From a virus (taxonomy: Duplodnaviria; Caudoviricetes), in the IMG/VR virus record IMGVR_UViG_3300049098_000031, positions 1-54,990 of that record: a stretch of DNA of 54,990 nt; one strand, given 5' to 3'. The first letter of the stretch is position 1. Each line of letters starts with the position of its first letter. The translations under genes and the position numbers were made by a program. Below, in pieces: positions 45,127-53,852 of the stretch. The notes below the pieces were generated by a model. The model ran no database searches. It saw nothing but the letters and a program-made list of their open reading frames with translations, and was not told where the DNA came from.

Positions 45127-45428
45127 TGCACGATCCCGACAAGGGCGGTGTGCTTGGCGCGGCACTCGTGGTAGAGGCCGTACGTCTGTACGAGGTGCAG
45201 CATGACGTCAGAGCTTTTGCCCGCCGTGAGTTCCGGGATGTCCGGGCACTCAGTCATCAACGCTGGCGGGATATTGCCGATAACGCTGAAGGAGTTGCAG
45301 CCCGTCAGCATCGAAGCACTCAGGATCGCTGCCGCGATTCTGTACGTAGCGAACGATCTCGGTCGGCGCTTGGCGCTGGAGATTGTCGATGCGCTGCTGG
45401 AGCATGGCGTTTTCGTACGACAGTTCAT
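45123..45428 (-). CDS. o-spanin (Rz1-like lipoprotein)
   Basis: Lipobox LTGC, IPPALMTECP, Y.EC..KH; AGGAG 7 nt before ATG 45428; overlaps i-spanin in another frame. Confidence 0.8.
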   Translation of the reverse strand: MNCRTKTPCSSSASTISSAKRRPRSFATYRIAAAILSASMLTGCNSFSVIGNIPPALMTECPDIPELTAGKSSDVMLHLVQTYGLYHECRAKHTALVGIVQ

Positions 45429-45582
45429 TAATCTTCTCCTGTGACTCGGCTTGCTTGTCGAGCAGGTCTTGTTGCGTACTGCGCTGGCCTGCATTGTAGC
45501 CGTGAAACCAAATGCCGACGAAGATGGCAAGGATGACGAGGGCCGGGAGGCCGTACTTGATGAGGGGGTTATTTAAGGACAC
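45250..45582 (-). CDS. i-spanin (Rz-like)
   Basis: N-terminal TM, coiled coil, C-terminal Cys (ECFDADGL). Confidence 0.8.
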   Translation of the reverse strand: MSLNNPLIKYGLPALVILAIFVGIWFHGYNAGQRSTQQDLLDKQAESQEKINELSYENAMLQQRIDNLQRQAPTEIVRYVQNRGSDPECFDADGLQLLQRYRQYPASVDD

Positions 45583-45754
45583 GCTTCTCGGCGACGTTGC
45601 TGACCACGTAGGCGGCGATTACCCACTGGAGGATGTTGCCGTACGTGGTCGGGTCGATCTTGGCGAACCAAACGAGGATGGTGCTGACGATCAGGGTGGC
45701 CAGCGCCATCAGGAACTTGCGGGAAATGAACTCGACGAGTGGCTTGTCCATCAC
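45569..45754 (-). CDS. holin (2 TM)
   Basis: SRKF + TM1, TM2, N..EK tail; in the lysis cassette. Confidence 0.7.
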   Translation of the reverse strand: MMDKPLVEFISRKFLMALATLIVSTILVWFAKIDPTTYGNILQWVIAAYVVSNVAEKRVLK

Positions 45755-46143
45755 TGCTTTCTGGGTTGCGGTTGTGAGCGCCGGAGATCGTTGATGCCGC
45801 GTTCAGCCTCGAACATCCTTTCCTCAATCAGCTTCATCCTTTGGCGGCATGCGTTGTGAGTACGGTCTGCCTCTGTGGCCGTGTACTTGTCCGCTGACGA
45901 CACTCTGAATTCGTTTTTTAGTTCGTTGATGTCTTCCTTCAACTCTGTCCTTACTTCAACAATCTGGCTGGCAAGGTTCGTGGCCTGCACCTCCAGCTTG
46001 GCGTTTGACTCGGACATGTCGGCGACCTTCAGGCCAACCCATCCGAGTACGCCGAGAATCACCATGACAACAACCGTCTGTATGTGGCGCTCTACGCCGT
46101 TCGGCTGTTGCTCGTGATGCTCTTCGTGATGCTCTTCGCTCAT
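45751..46143 (-). CDS. single-TM coiled-coil protein, lysis-associated
   Basis: TM VVVMVILGVLGWVGL then heptads; His/Glu-rich N-terminus. Confidence 0.65.
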   Translation of the reverse strand: MSEEHHEEHHEQQPNGVERHIQTVVVMVILGVLGWVGLKVADMSESNAKLEVQATNLASQIVEVRTELKEDINELKNEFRVSSADKYTATEADRTHNACRQRMKLIEERMFEAERGINDLRRSQPQPRKQ

Positions 46144-46174
46144 GACGTTATCGTGTGTCCGTTATCCAGCAGTC

Positions 46175-46205
46175 ATTGTATGAATGAACATCAGTTCTGT
46201 CGTAC
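46175..46205 (-). promoter_or_regulatory. phage late-promoter motif (variant)
   Basis: GTACGAC-N18-TACAAT spanning the endolysin stop. Confidence 0.65.
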
Positions 46206-46688
46206 CAAGTCGGGTAGGAATTTTCTGACATCGTAGTAGGGTTTCTTCCCGGTGAGCTGAAAATGGTACATGTCCCATCCCCACAAGTCCCAGCCGTTAT
46301 CGATGTCGAGTCCGTGGGTCTTGATGACCTGCTTGCAGGCCGTGACGATCCGCTTGGTCGGGTCGATCTCCCAACGCGGCTGGCCGTTGATCCACGGGAC
46401 GAGATCAACCGCAAGGCCGTAAAGATGGTAACTGTCCATCGTCTTGGATGCGCCTGAAGCCACCAGCTTGGACTGCTCAACCTCGGTGCGTATGCCATCA
46501 AAGACGGTGAAGTCGACTGGCGTGATCTTGATCGCTTCCGTGACCATGAAGCCGAGTTCGGGGTGTACGCCGATGAGCTGGTTCCACGAGCCTTCGCCGA
46601 TGACGTAGCCCTTGACTGGCGGTTTCGGACGTACCGGTTCCGGGCGTTCCGGGGGGGGGATGCTCTCTTCTTTGTCGATGTACGCCAT
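46191..46688 (-). CDS. endolysin, M15 L-alanyl-D-glutamate peptidase
   Basis: GIRT..EQ..L...GAS, SYHLYGLAVD, WDMYHFQ; AGGAGG RBS. Confidence 0.9.
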   Translation of the reverse strand: MAYIDKEESIPPPERPEPVRPKPPVKGYVIGEGSWNQLIGVHPELGFMVTEAIKITPVDFTVFDGIRTEVEQSKLVASGASKTMDSYHLYGLAVDLVPWINGQPRWEIDPTKRIVTACKQVIKTHGLDIDNGWDLWGWDMYHFQLTGKKPYYDVRKFLPDLVRQN

Positions 46689-46697
46689 GGCGGCCTC

Positions 46698-46763
46698 CTA
46701 GCAGTAGAGGGCACAGAAGATAACGAGCGCTGTGAAGACTGGAATGAGACGGATGAGTGTCAT
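46698..46763 (-). CDS. possible 21-aa hydrophobic micropeptide
   Basis: MTLIRLIPVFTALVIFCALYC; TGATG-coupled; its stop overlaps the endolysin RBS. Confidence 0.35.
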   Translation of the reverse strand: MTLIRLIPVFTALVIFCALYC

Positions 46764-47110
46764 CAGATGGATACCAAGATAAACGCCTGCATGACACCAA
46801 CCGACGCAATAATCGGGCCAGCGCCTGCGACCGTGTAAACAAAATCCGCGAACTCCGGCGTAGCGTCTGGCTTGCCGTCGCCGTCTGCGTCTCGACTGTC
46901 CTTCCACTCCTTGAACGCGCCAAAGATAGCTGGGCCAAACAGCGGGGAAAGCAGTGGAACCGGCCACAACTCGCACGCCGAAACAATGTCCGGTAAAAAG
47001 TATACGCCAGCAAATAGCAGGGCCATGGCAATGACGTAGGAGGCAGTCGCAAGCACGGTGCCGTAGAAGTAATGGTTGGCTTTATCGCGCGGGATTAGCG
47101 GTACGTTCAT
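46763..47110 (-). CDS. membrane protein with DK..H / KE..D motifs
   Basis: RDKANHYFYG, KEWKD, DF..T..G; about three hydrophobic segments. Confidence 0.65.
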   Translation of the reverse strand: MNVPLIPRDKANHYFYGTVLATASYVIAMALLFAGVYFLPDIVSACELWPVPLLSPLFGPAIFGAFKEWKDSRDADGDGKPDATPEFADFVYTVAGAGPIIASVGVMQAFILVSI

Positions 47111-47448
47111 TTCCTGTCCCTCATGTATGGTTGTGCATGGCCGGATTCTATCATCAGATCGTTCATGTTGATGGTTTCGCCGTTGACGTCGACGAAGAAT
47201 TCGCCAAGCCAACGACCGAACTTGCCAGTTTTGCGTGACACGACAGTGACGGGATTGTCGCTGACGAAGGTTTCCAAGAACTCGGTGGCTTCGTGGAATC
47301 CAGCTCGGCCACGTTCCGGGGTGTTGATGCCCCACAGGCGGAATCGGATTCGCTGGTGCGTGTTGAAGCCAAGGTCTACCTCGGCATCGACCGTGTCGCC
47401 GTCTACGCAGCGCGTGATTTTGCAGCGGTAGCGGTAATCAGGATTCAT
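47107..47448 (-). CDS. staphylococcal-nuclease-like (thermonuclease) protein
   Basis: VDGDTV..DLGF, RLWGINTPE, GKFGRWLG, N..MI..GHA. Confidence 0.9.
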   Translation of the reverse strand: MNPDYRYRCKITRCVDGDTVDAEVDLGFNTHQRIRFRLWGINTPERGRAGFHEATEFLETFVSDNPVTVVSRKTGKFGRWLGEFFVDVNGETINMNDLMIESGHAQPYMRDRK

Positions 47449-48047
47449 GTTTTCTCCCAAGCTGAGCCGTTCCATCGCTGGATATGCTGAATTTCTGCCC
47501 AAGCTGATCCATTAAATCGCCATACATTGCACGCTACCCACGACGAACCGTTCCAGCGGTATGCATTTGTGAACTGTGCATAGGCGTAAATTCGATCCAC
47601 GTAAACATTTCCACCGGCTTCGCTTTGCACCTGAAAGTCTATACCGAAAGACGAATCGCGTATGCGTGAAGTGGGTACTTCAGAACCAGTCCAGAAATAT
47701 GAGATTGTGCCCCAGTTAGTGCTGTAAAAACTTGACTTCGCTTTGTTTGCCCCGTTCCATGAGCTTGTGCGCGGGCGTACAAGCAGGTCGCTAAAGTTGC
47801 TGGCGACATCACCTCTACGCTCAACCACGCAATAGAATCCGAGTATCGAGGCAGTGGACGGTATAAGCGAGGAAAAGCCAAACGGCGTCGCCCTCAAGTA
47901 ATCGCTGATACTTGGCTTCGCAAAATTCGCAGATGCGGAAACGCCATCATTTGCTGTGATGTTGCCGGGGTTGCTCCAGACAGATTCAGAACCACCAAGG
48001 TCTATGTTTTGGCCTCCAGTAGGATATTTTGAACTTGTCTTGGGCAT
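47445..48047 (-). CDS. putative tail-fibre tip / receptor-binding protein
   Basis: Beta-sandwich-like; C-terminal repeats RWNGSSW, RFNGSAW, RWNGSAW. Confidence 0.6.
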   Translation of the reverse strand: MPKTSSKYPTGGQNIDLGGSESVWSNPGNITANDGVSASANFAKPSISDYLRATPFGFSSLIPSTASILGFYCVVERRGDVASNFSDLLVRPRTSSWNGANKAKSSFYSTNWGTISYFWTGSEVPTSRIRDSSFGIDFQVQSEAGGNVYVDRIYAYAQFTNAYRWNGSSWVACNVWRFNGSAWAEIQHIQRWNGSAWEKT

Positions 48048-48616
48048 TAGAAATTGTTGTCTTCGGGGTTGATAACACGCCACCTGCCGTTTTCATCGTA
48101 ATCCCATAGCGCACCCGGAAAATCTATCTCGTCGAACGCTGGCTCAGGTTCAAATAAGTGCGGCGCTTTGTCTTCGATCACGGTGCGAAGTGGCTCAAGC
48201 GCTTGCGCAGGCAGTACGTCTGCGAGACGCTCCATGTAGTGAAACAGGCCAACCGGGTTGTCTGACTTCTTGCTGACCAACTCGGAGATGAGCTGGCCAA
48301 GGTTCTGCTTTTGCTCCAGCTTGGGAGCGTCTGCTTGATCGAATTTTGGGCTACGTAGTGTCTCATCGATTGTGGTCTGAGAGCCGATGCTGTCGATCCA
48401 CAGGTTGCGCAACGTATCGTCGATGTCCGGGCCGTACGTGAGCGTCCAGCTTGCCCACGTGTCCTCGAAGTCAACGTGTGCAATCATGGCCTGTACGCCC
48501 TGCTCGCACGTGAGTTCGGGGTCGATGGTGACGGCCACGTCCATGGCGGGCTGGCACGCCTTGGCGGCGAAAGCCGCGTCGACGTAATCACCAAAGCGTG
48601 TGGATGCTGTAATCAT
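48047..48616 (-). CDS. hypothetical protein, possible fibre chaperone
   Basis: Coupled to the fibre gene. Confidence 0.65.
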   Translation of the reverse strand: MITASTRFGDYVDAAFAAKACQPAMDVAVTIDPELTCEQGVQAMIAHVDFEDTWASWTLTYGPDIDDTLRNLWIDSIGSQTTIDETLRSPKFDQADAPKLEQKQNLGQLISELVSKKSDNPVGLFHYMERLADVLPAQALEPLRTVIEDKAPHLFEPEPAFDEIDFPGALWDYDENGRWRVINPEDNNF

Positions 48617-51600
48617 CAGATGTCAAACCAGATGTCGTTGGTGGCGCGGCCAGATGACGGTGCGCTGGTAGAAACGGTGAACCTCGGTACGTTGCCGCCG
48701 GGTACGGTGCCTTTGGCGTTGTAGATTGTGCCACTGAAATATCCGTTTTTGAATCTATAGCTCGTATCGCCTAGATTCATCAAGCCATTCGACGCGCCGC
48801 TTCCAGTGGTGTTGCATGGCCTGACTGATGGGCCGGTTGAGCTGATAACAAGTCCGCCAACGGTCCCGCGCCACCAGTACGCGCCGCTCCACGAGCCGTT
48901 CCAACTGCTCTGGTTTGTAGTCAGTACTCCATCGATGTTCAGGTCCCCGCTTGCACTGAGAGCCATCCTCTCGGTTGCCCCCGCAGTACCTGTCAACCTG
49001 TTAGTTGCGCCTGTCCACCACCGGTGATTGCCAGTACCAGCCACGAAGTGCAGAGTGTCATCACTCGCAATAACGGCGTTGGCTGTCAGGGCGACATCTG
49101 AATCAGCAGTGTATGTATTGCTGCTAATATCGATGCGGTTGGCATATAGATGTCTGCTAAAATGCCCGTCCCTCCAGCGTACGTTTGATGCGCCAAGGTC
49201 ACGGGTGCCGTCTGCGCTTGCTCCAGCTGAGTCGATTGGGAAGAGGCCATCCTGCCCGGCAGCAAAACCACCATAGCCTTCCCTGATAATGCCGCCGTAA
49301 CTGGTAACACGAATGTGTGGTGACGCACTCGTCATGTGGATGTCATCGCCGACAGTGAGGTCATTCTTTATGAAGAAATTTCGATTAGAGAAAGTGCCTG
49401 TCAGGCCCCAGTATCTATGGCTTTCTGCGAGCAGGTTCGCGCCATTGAGATAGGTGGCAGTGCCAAGCAGGGCTGCGCCGTCTCCGCTGACCTGAACCCC
49501 TTTGCGTAAGCCGGGTGTGTCGAACTTCTGACCCCATGTCCAGTCGAGTACAATCGGGCCTGAAAATTGGATGGCAGCCTGTGTGGAGAGTCCGCCAGTG
49601 CTTTCACCAATGACCGGGCCGCCGCTGCCGAAGTAATCGGTGTTGAAGCCGGAGGCTGAGAACTGCACCGCTACTCCGTCGCCAGTCACGCCGTGGATGT
49701 AGTCGTCGCTATAAACGACTTCGCCGCCGCCTATAACATATATGCCGAAGCCTGTAGTGCCCGGTGCCGCAGTGCCTTTGATTCCGCCGTTGTACGCAGA
49801 CAAGTACCCATAAACGGTAAGACCTGTGTTACTGCCTGTACTACTGCCAGAGGAGGAGGCTGCGGGGCCAGTGTTCTCAACGTGAAAGAAGCATCCGGCT
49901 CCACCGCTGGAGGCTGGGCCAAGTTGGAACCTTGATTGTGTGCCTTCAGTTCCGTGTACGTAACCACCCGGCGCTTGCAAGGTTACAGTTCCACCCTGTA
50001 CGCCAGACGTGTACACCAGAATCCGTACGTTTGACGCTCCGCCGTAGTAGACCAACCGCTCGGTTTCTACGAATGTGTGTGATCCTGTCGCGCCAACTTC
50101 GATCTCTATGATCGCTCTACCCATGGGCTTGTTTTCAGGGAACGCCTTGTTCATCCAACGGATGCAGCTCCCATAAGAATCAAACGCGTCGCCAGCCATC
50201 GGGTCGGCAGGGAATTCAGTTCCGGTAGCTGGATCGACATGTAGGACAAGCGCAGAATCGTTCGCCGGGCTAGTGCCTTCAAGCTCGATGCCCCTGAACT
50301 TCAGACTGTTGAAACTGCTCTCGCCATTCAGAAGCCCGTACGCCCAGTCGGATGAGATACCAACATTAGTGTTGCCGTCGACCGGGGTGAGATCGATAGT
50401 GCCAATGATGCTCCATGCGCCGTACACTCCAGAATTCCTTCTGCGTATGTACATGCGGGCGCTGTTGCCATCGAACACTAGCTGATGCGGTTGCTGGAGA
50501 TCAGTTTCGACGATCATGACACCCATGTCGATGGGTGAGTTGATCGGCCTGCTGTCGCTGTACCACGAGTAGATACCGGGTTCGACGATGGTGTCGAGGT
50601 CGTGGGTGCCGTTGAGGTGCCTGTCTGTGTTGTCCGAGGTAGACATCCAGTAACGGTTGTCGCCACGTTCGCGCGTCATGATGCTGGCTGCGCCCGGTGC
50701 CCCAAGTACGTTGGTTCCGTTTGTTTCGACTGTCGCGTCTGTTGCCGAGATGACCAATGCGGTTCCATCTCCACCCTGTGACGCGATGTCACCGAACGTG
50801 AGCTGCGTACTGGATGCAAGAGAATGAAGCTGCGCCTTGCGTACGTCTCCACTGTCAAGAAACTGGAGCGCCTTGTTATCGCCGGATACTTGGACACTGT
50901 TGCCAAAAACAGTGTTGCCGGTGAACGTCTTGTCGCCAGCGATTGTCATCGCCCGGTTGGCCACCATGTCTGCCCAGTTGGCGGAAATGGCGTTGACGAT
51001 GTCTCCCTGAACCGGTGTGTCGAGGACAGCAAAAGCCACGGCGTCTTGCGCCTTCTGCGCCCAGTGGAAAGCACTGTACAGGCCGGTTTCGACCTCGACG
51101 TCTTCAGCCTCAGTCGCCCACTGCTGGGCCTTGTTCTGCGAGGCGAGAGCGGCTGCGGCGCTGTTGGAAGCGTTTAACTCTGACGTGGACGCGTTGGTTT
51201 CGCTGCTTGCGGCATTTGACTCGCTGGTTGCAGCGTTGGTTTCGCTTGTGGCGGCATCGCTTGCGCTTGTCGCTGCGGCTGACTCGCTTGCTGCCGCATT
51301 TGTTTCGGCCAACTCGGCGGCGGTCTGGGCGGTCTGGGCCGCGTCGCGGGCGGCTTGTGCGTCGATCAGGAGCTGGTTGAGGTCAGTGTACGTGAAGGTT
51401 TCCCAGCCAGCGTTGGGGTCGACGTAGGTGCCAAGCCTGATCTGGAAGAATCCGGGGTTGAGCGGGTCTTCGCGCAAGTCGACAAAATTCTTGAGGTTTC
51501 CGTCGACGCTGTCGAAAAGTTCGTCCAACAGGTCTGGAAGACTGCGGCCACCCTTTTCGCACGCCTCCATGTAATCGTCGAGGATGCTCTCGCCGTTGGC

Positions 51601-51648
51601 GCTGGAGTTGAAGCGTAGCTGGTCTGTCGTTGGGCGTGTCTTGCTCAT
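48616..51648 (-). CDS. long tail fibre (1010 aa)
   Basis: Ala/Ser heptads (NAATSES), YSAFHWA, TIAGDKTF, DLDTIVEPGIY, repeated LG....R(W/F)..G.FS, C-terminal STSAPS..DIW. Confidence 0.88.
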   Translation of the reverse strand: MSKTRPTTDQLRFNSSANGESILDDYMEACEKGGRSLPDLLDELFDSVDGNLKNFVDLREDPLNPGFFQIRLGTYVDPNAGWETFTYTDLNQLLIDAQAARDAAQTAQTAAELAETNAAASESAAATSASDAATSETNAATSESNAASSETNASTSELNASNSAAAALASQNKAQQWATEAEDVEVETGLYSAFHWAQKAQDAVAFAVLDTPVQGDIVNAISANWADMVANRAMTIAGDKTFTGNTVFGNSVQVSGDNKALQFLDSGDVRKAQLHSLASSTQLTFGDIASQGGDGTALVISATDATVETNGTNVLGAPGAASIMTRERGDNRYWMSTSDNTDRHLNGTHDLDTIVEPGIYSWYSDSRPINSPIDMGVMIVETDLQQPHQLVFDGNSARMYIRRRNSGVYGAWSIIGTIDLTPVDGNTNVGISSDWAYGLLNGESSFNSLKFRGIELEGTSPANDSALVLHVDPATGTEFPADPMAGDAFDSYGSCIRWMNKAFPENKPMGRAIIEIEVGATGSHTFVETERLVYYGGASNVRILVYTSGVQGGTVTLQAPGGYVHGTEGTQSRFQLGPASSGGAGCFFHVENTGPAASSSGSSTGSNTGLTVYGYLSAYNGGIKGTAAPGTTGFGIYVIGGGEVVYSDDYIHGVTGDGVAVQFSASGFNTDYFGSGGPVIGESTGGLSTQAAIQFSGPIVLDWTWGQKFDTPGLRKGVQVSGDGAALLGTATYLNGANLLAESHRYWGLTGTFSNRNFFIKNDLTVGDDIHMTSASPHIRVTSYGGIIREGYGGFAAGQDGLFPIDSAGASADGTRDLGASNVRWRDGHFSRHLYANRIDISSNTYTADSDVALTANAVIASDDTLHFVAGTGNHRWWTGATNRLTGTAGATERMALSASGDLNIDGVLTTNQSSWNGSWSGAYWWRGTVGGLVISSTGPSVRPCNTTGSGASNGLMNLGDTSYRFKNGYFSGTIYNAKGTVPGGNVPRFTVSTSAPSSGRATNDIWFDI
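51160..51310 (-). repeat. degenerate 21-bp / 7-aa repeats in the fibre stalk
   Basis: NAAASES AAATSAS DAATSET NAATSES NAASSET NASTSEL. Confidence 0.7.
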
Positions 51649-51649
51649 G

Positions 51650-51919
51650 TCATTCGTTCAACATGTTGTGGTCGGCCAAGTAGCGCATGATGAGAGACTT
51701 GGTGAGAATGTGCGGGTTGTCCAGCTTCGCCAGCCGTTCGTGCACCTCAACCTTCAACCCAGCAACCTCGTCGGCTGTCGCGGAACGATTGCTCTGCTGG
51801 TGCTGCTTGATCTTGCTCAACTCGGTTTCGAGCGCATCGATTCTTGCGCTCAGGCTGATCATGATGTCAGCGGCCTGCGCTAGGACTTCGCTTGGATTGT
51901 CTGGGAGTTTGCGTGGCAT
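51650..51919 (-). CDS. small coiled-coil hypothetical protein
   Basis: Between portal and fibre, tightly packed. Confidence 0.7.
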   Translation of the reverse strand: MPRKLPDNPSEVLAQAADIMISLSARIDALETELSKIKQHQQSNRSATADEVAGLKVEVHERLAKLDNPHILTKSLIMRYLADHNMLNE

Positions 51920-51920
51920 G

Positions 51921-53795
51921 CTATCTACCTGCTGCTTGTCTGGCTTGAGATTGCGGGATCAGGTTGCCCTTCTCCACCTGCTTCATCACGTTTTCGGCTG
52001 GCTGTACGCTGTTGCCGCGCTGCGCCTCCATCATGGCCATCTCCTGCGATGGAGACATGCCTTGCTGCTGCTCCTCCTTGCTGATCTTGAACTGGTCGAT
52101 GTCGCTGACGCCCATGGCCTTGATAGCCTCCTCAGCGATCTTGCCAGCTTTGTACTCCATGATCAGGCCGGTCTGGTTGAGAACCATGAGCATGTCGATC
52201 CATGTCTGCGCGTTGCGGGTTGGCTCGATGGGCAGGGTGCCATCAATGACCAAGTATTCGATCTGGCCTTGCAGGTCGCCGACTCCGTAGTCGATGTAGC
52301 CATCCTGCACCATGTCGGCGAGCTGGCCCGGGACGTCGGTGCCGGAAGCGTTGATGCTGCCTTCGAGGTTGAGCGCATCCTGAATGTTGCTCACCATCAT
52401 GCGTACCATCGGGCGCATGGAGGTGGCGGAGACGACTCTGGAGAGTACGCCGAGGCGTTGGCTGCCGAGCTGGGTCAGGCGCTGAATCTCGGTGGCAGTA
52501 CGTACGTCTGCGGTCGGCACGCCTTGCTGTGCGTCAGAGGCGGCGGAGACGCGCTGCTTCATCTCGTTGAGAGCGGCGATGTCGTTCCAGTGGCCACGGG
52601 TGACGTCCGGGATCGATGCGATATGAACGCCCTCGCCGGGTTTGACTCCGGGCATGGTGCGTACGATACCCCACGGGTTGCGGTCGATCAGGTCTGGGAT
52701 GCTGACCATCGTGGGGTCGGCGAAGATCAGGTTGTTGAGCGCCGCTTGGACGTTGTCAACGCGTGAGCGCATGAGCCACGTGGCGATGTCGTGCAGCGGC
52801 AGCAGAAGATCGTACAGGGACTGGCTGTACGTCTTGTGGCTGTCGTTGTAGAGGCCACCGATGGCCGTCGGAAACATGCGCCCGTACGGGTTGAGACGGA
52901 AAGAAATGATCTCCTTCTCGTCCATGATGGTGACGACGAGGTAGACAGTGTTGATGGTCGGGATGCCAATCTCGTAGCCGGTCAGGCGTATCCACGCCTC
53001 GTCGATGACGCGGTTCTTGCCGAGCTTGAAGTAGCTGTCGGACTCTGTCGTGGACTCGACGTTGTAACCCTTGCCTTCTTTCTTGATGTGACCGTGACCG
53101 TTCCAGCCGGACGCGCCAGAGACTGAAAGGTCGGAGGCGTACTTGGTCGGCTCTTTCTGGAGCTTGGGGTATAGGCCAGATGCGTACAGCGAGTTGAAGG
53201 AGACGCTGTCGCTGAAGATGATGAACTGCATCTTGTCCCAGTCGCCCCACGATACGCGCGGGTCGGGAAAGACGCGTCGCGGCTCGAAATTGATCAGATT
53301 GTTCTGGTTGCCACTCGGCTCCCAGATGACCTTGGTGGGCGCGAAGCCATAGCGCACGATGTCGAGAAGATGCTGGGCGATACGTGCTTCGCCCGCCGTG
53401 CGACGCATGTTCTGGTGCAGTACGCGCTCCATCAATAGAGCAGGCTTGCGCGAGGTGCGGTTCTGGCCTTCGAGCTGGAACATCGGGTTACGACCACCGA
53501 GGGCAGCCATCATGTACGTGACGACCGTGTCGGCAATTGCGCGGGTGTCGGGGATGACAGCCTTCTCGCGGAACTCGGTGGCGTCAGGGTCGACGTAGAC
53601 GTCGTGAGCGGCGTCAGCGTCGTCCCAGTGGGGATAGCGCTTGCTGATCGAGCGGTGCGACATGTTGTGGCACTGCTTGATATAACTGACCATCTTCTGC
53701 TGCTCTTCGTCAGTCAAACGCTCTGCGATGTCCTGATAGCGTTCGAGTGCAGCGAAGTGCTTTTGCAGGTTGATGACTTCGTATTCGTCAGCCAT
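51921..53795 (-). CDS. portal protein
   Basis: Follows terminase; 624 aa; RYGFA, VFPDP, QQG..RTATEI, Q-rich C-terminus. Confidence 0.88.
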   Translation of the reverse strand: MADEYEVINLQKHFAALERYQDIAERLTDEEQQKMVSYIKQCHNMSHRSISKRYPHWDDADAAHDVYVDPDATEFREKAVIPDTRAIADTVVTYMMAALGGRNPMFQLEGQNRTSRKPALLMERVLHQNMRRTAGEARIAQHLLDIVRYGFAPTKVIWEPSGNQNNLINFEPRRVFPDPRVSWGDWDKMQFIIFSDSVSFNSLYASGLYPKLQKEPTKYASDLSVSGASGWNGHGHIKKEGKGYNVESTTESDSYFKLGKNRVIDEAWIRLTGYEIGIPTINTVYLVVTIMDEKEIISFRLNPYGRMFPTAIGGLYNDSHKTYSQSLYDLLLPLHDIATWLMRSRVDNVQAALNNLIFADPTMVSIPDLIDRNPWGIVRTMPGVKPGEGVHIASIPDVTRGHWNDIAALNEMKQRVSAASDAQQGVPTADVRTATEIQRLTQLGSQRLGVLSRVVSATSMRPMVRMMVSNIQDALNLEGSINASGTDVPGQLADMVQDGYIDYGVGDLQGQIEYLVIDGTLPIEPTRNAQTWIDMLMVLNQTGLIMEYKAGKIAEEAIKAMGVSDIDQFKISKEEQQQGMSPSQEMAMMEAQRGNSVQPAENVMKQVEKGNLIPQSQARQAAGR

Positions 53796-53821
53796 TGCGG
53801 TTCCTCTGGGGTGATGCCGAA

Positions 53822-53852
53822 ATTTTGCGTGATTGTACCGGGACTGTCGTCC
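53822..53852 (-). promoter_or_regulatory. phage late-promoter motif
   Basis: GGACGAC-N18-CAAAAT between terminase stop and portal RBS. Confidence 0.65.

Noticed and set aside
47445-51648. Diversity-generating retroelement or invertible fibre cassette
   Set aside because: No reverse transcriptase, template/variable repeat pair or flanking inverted repeats seen
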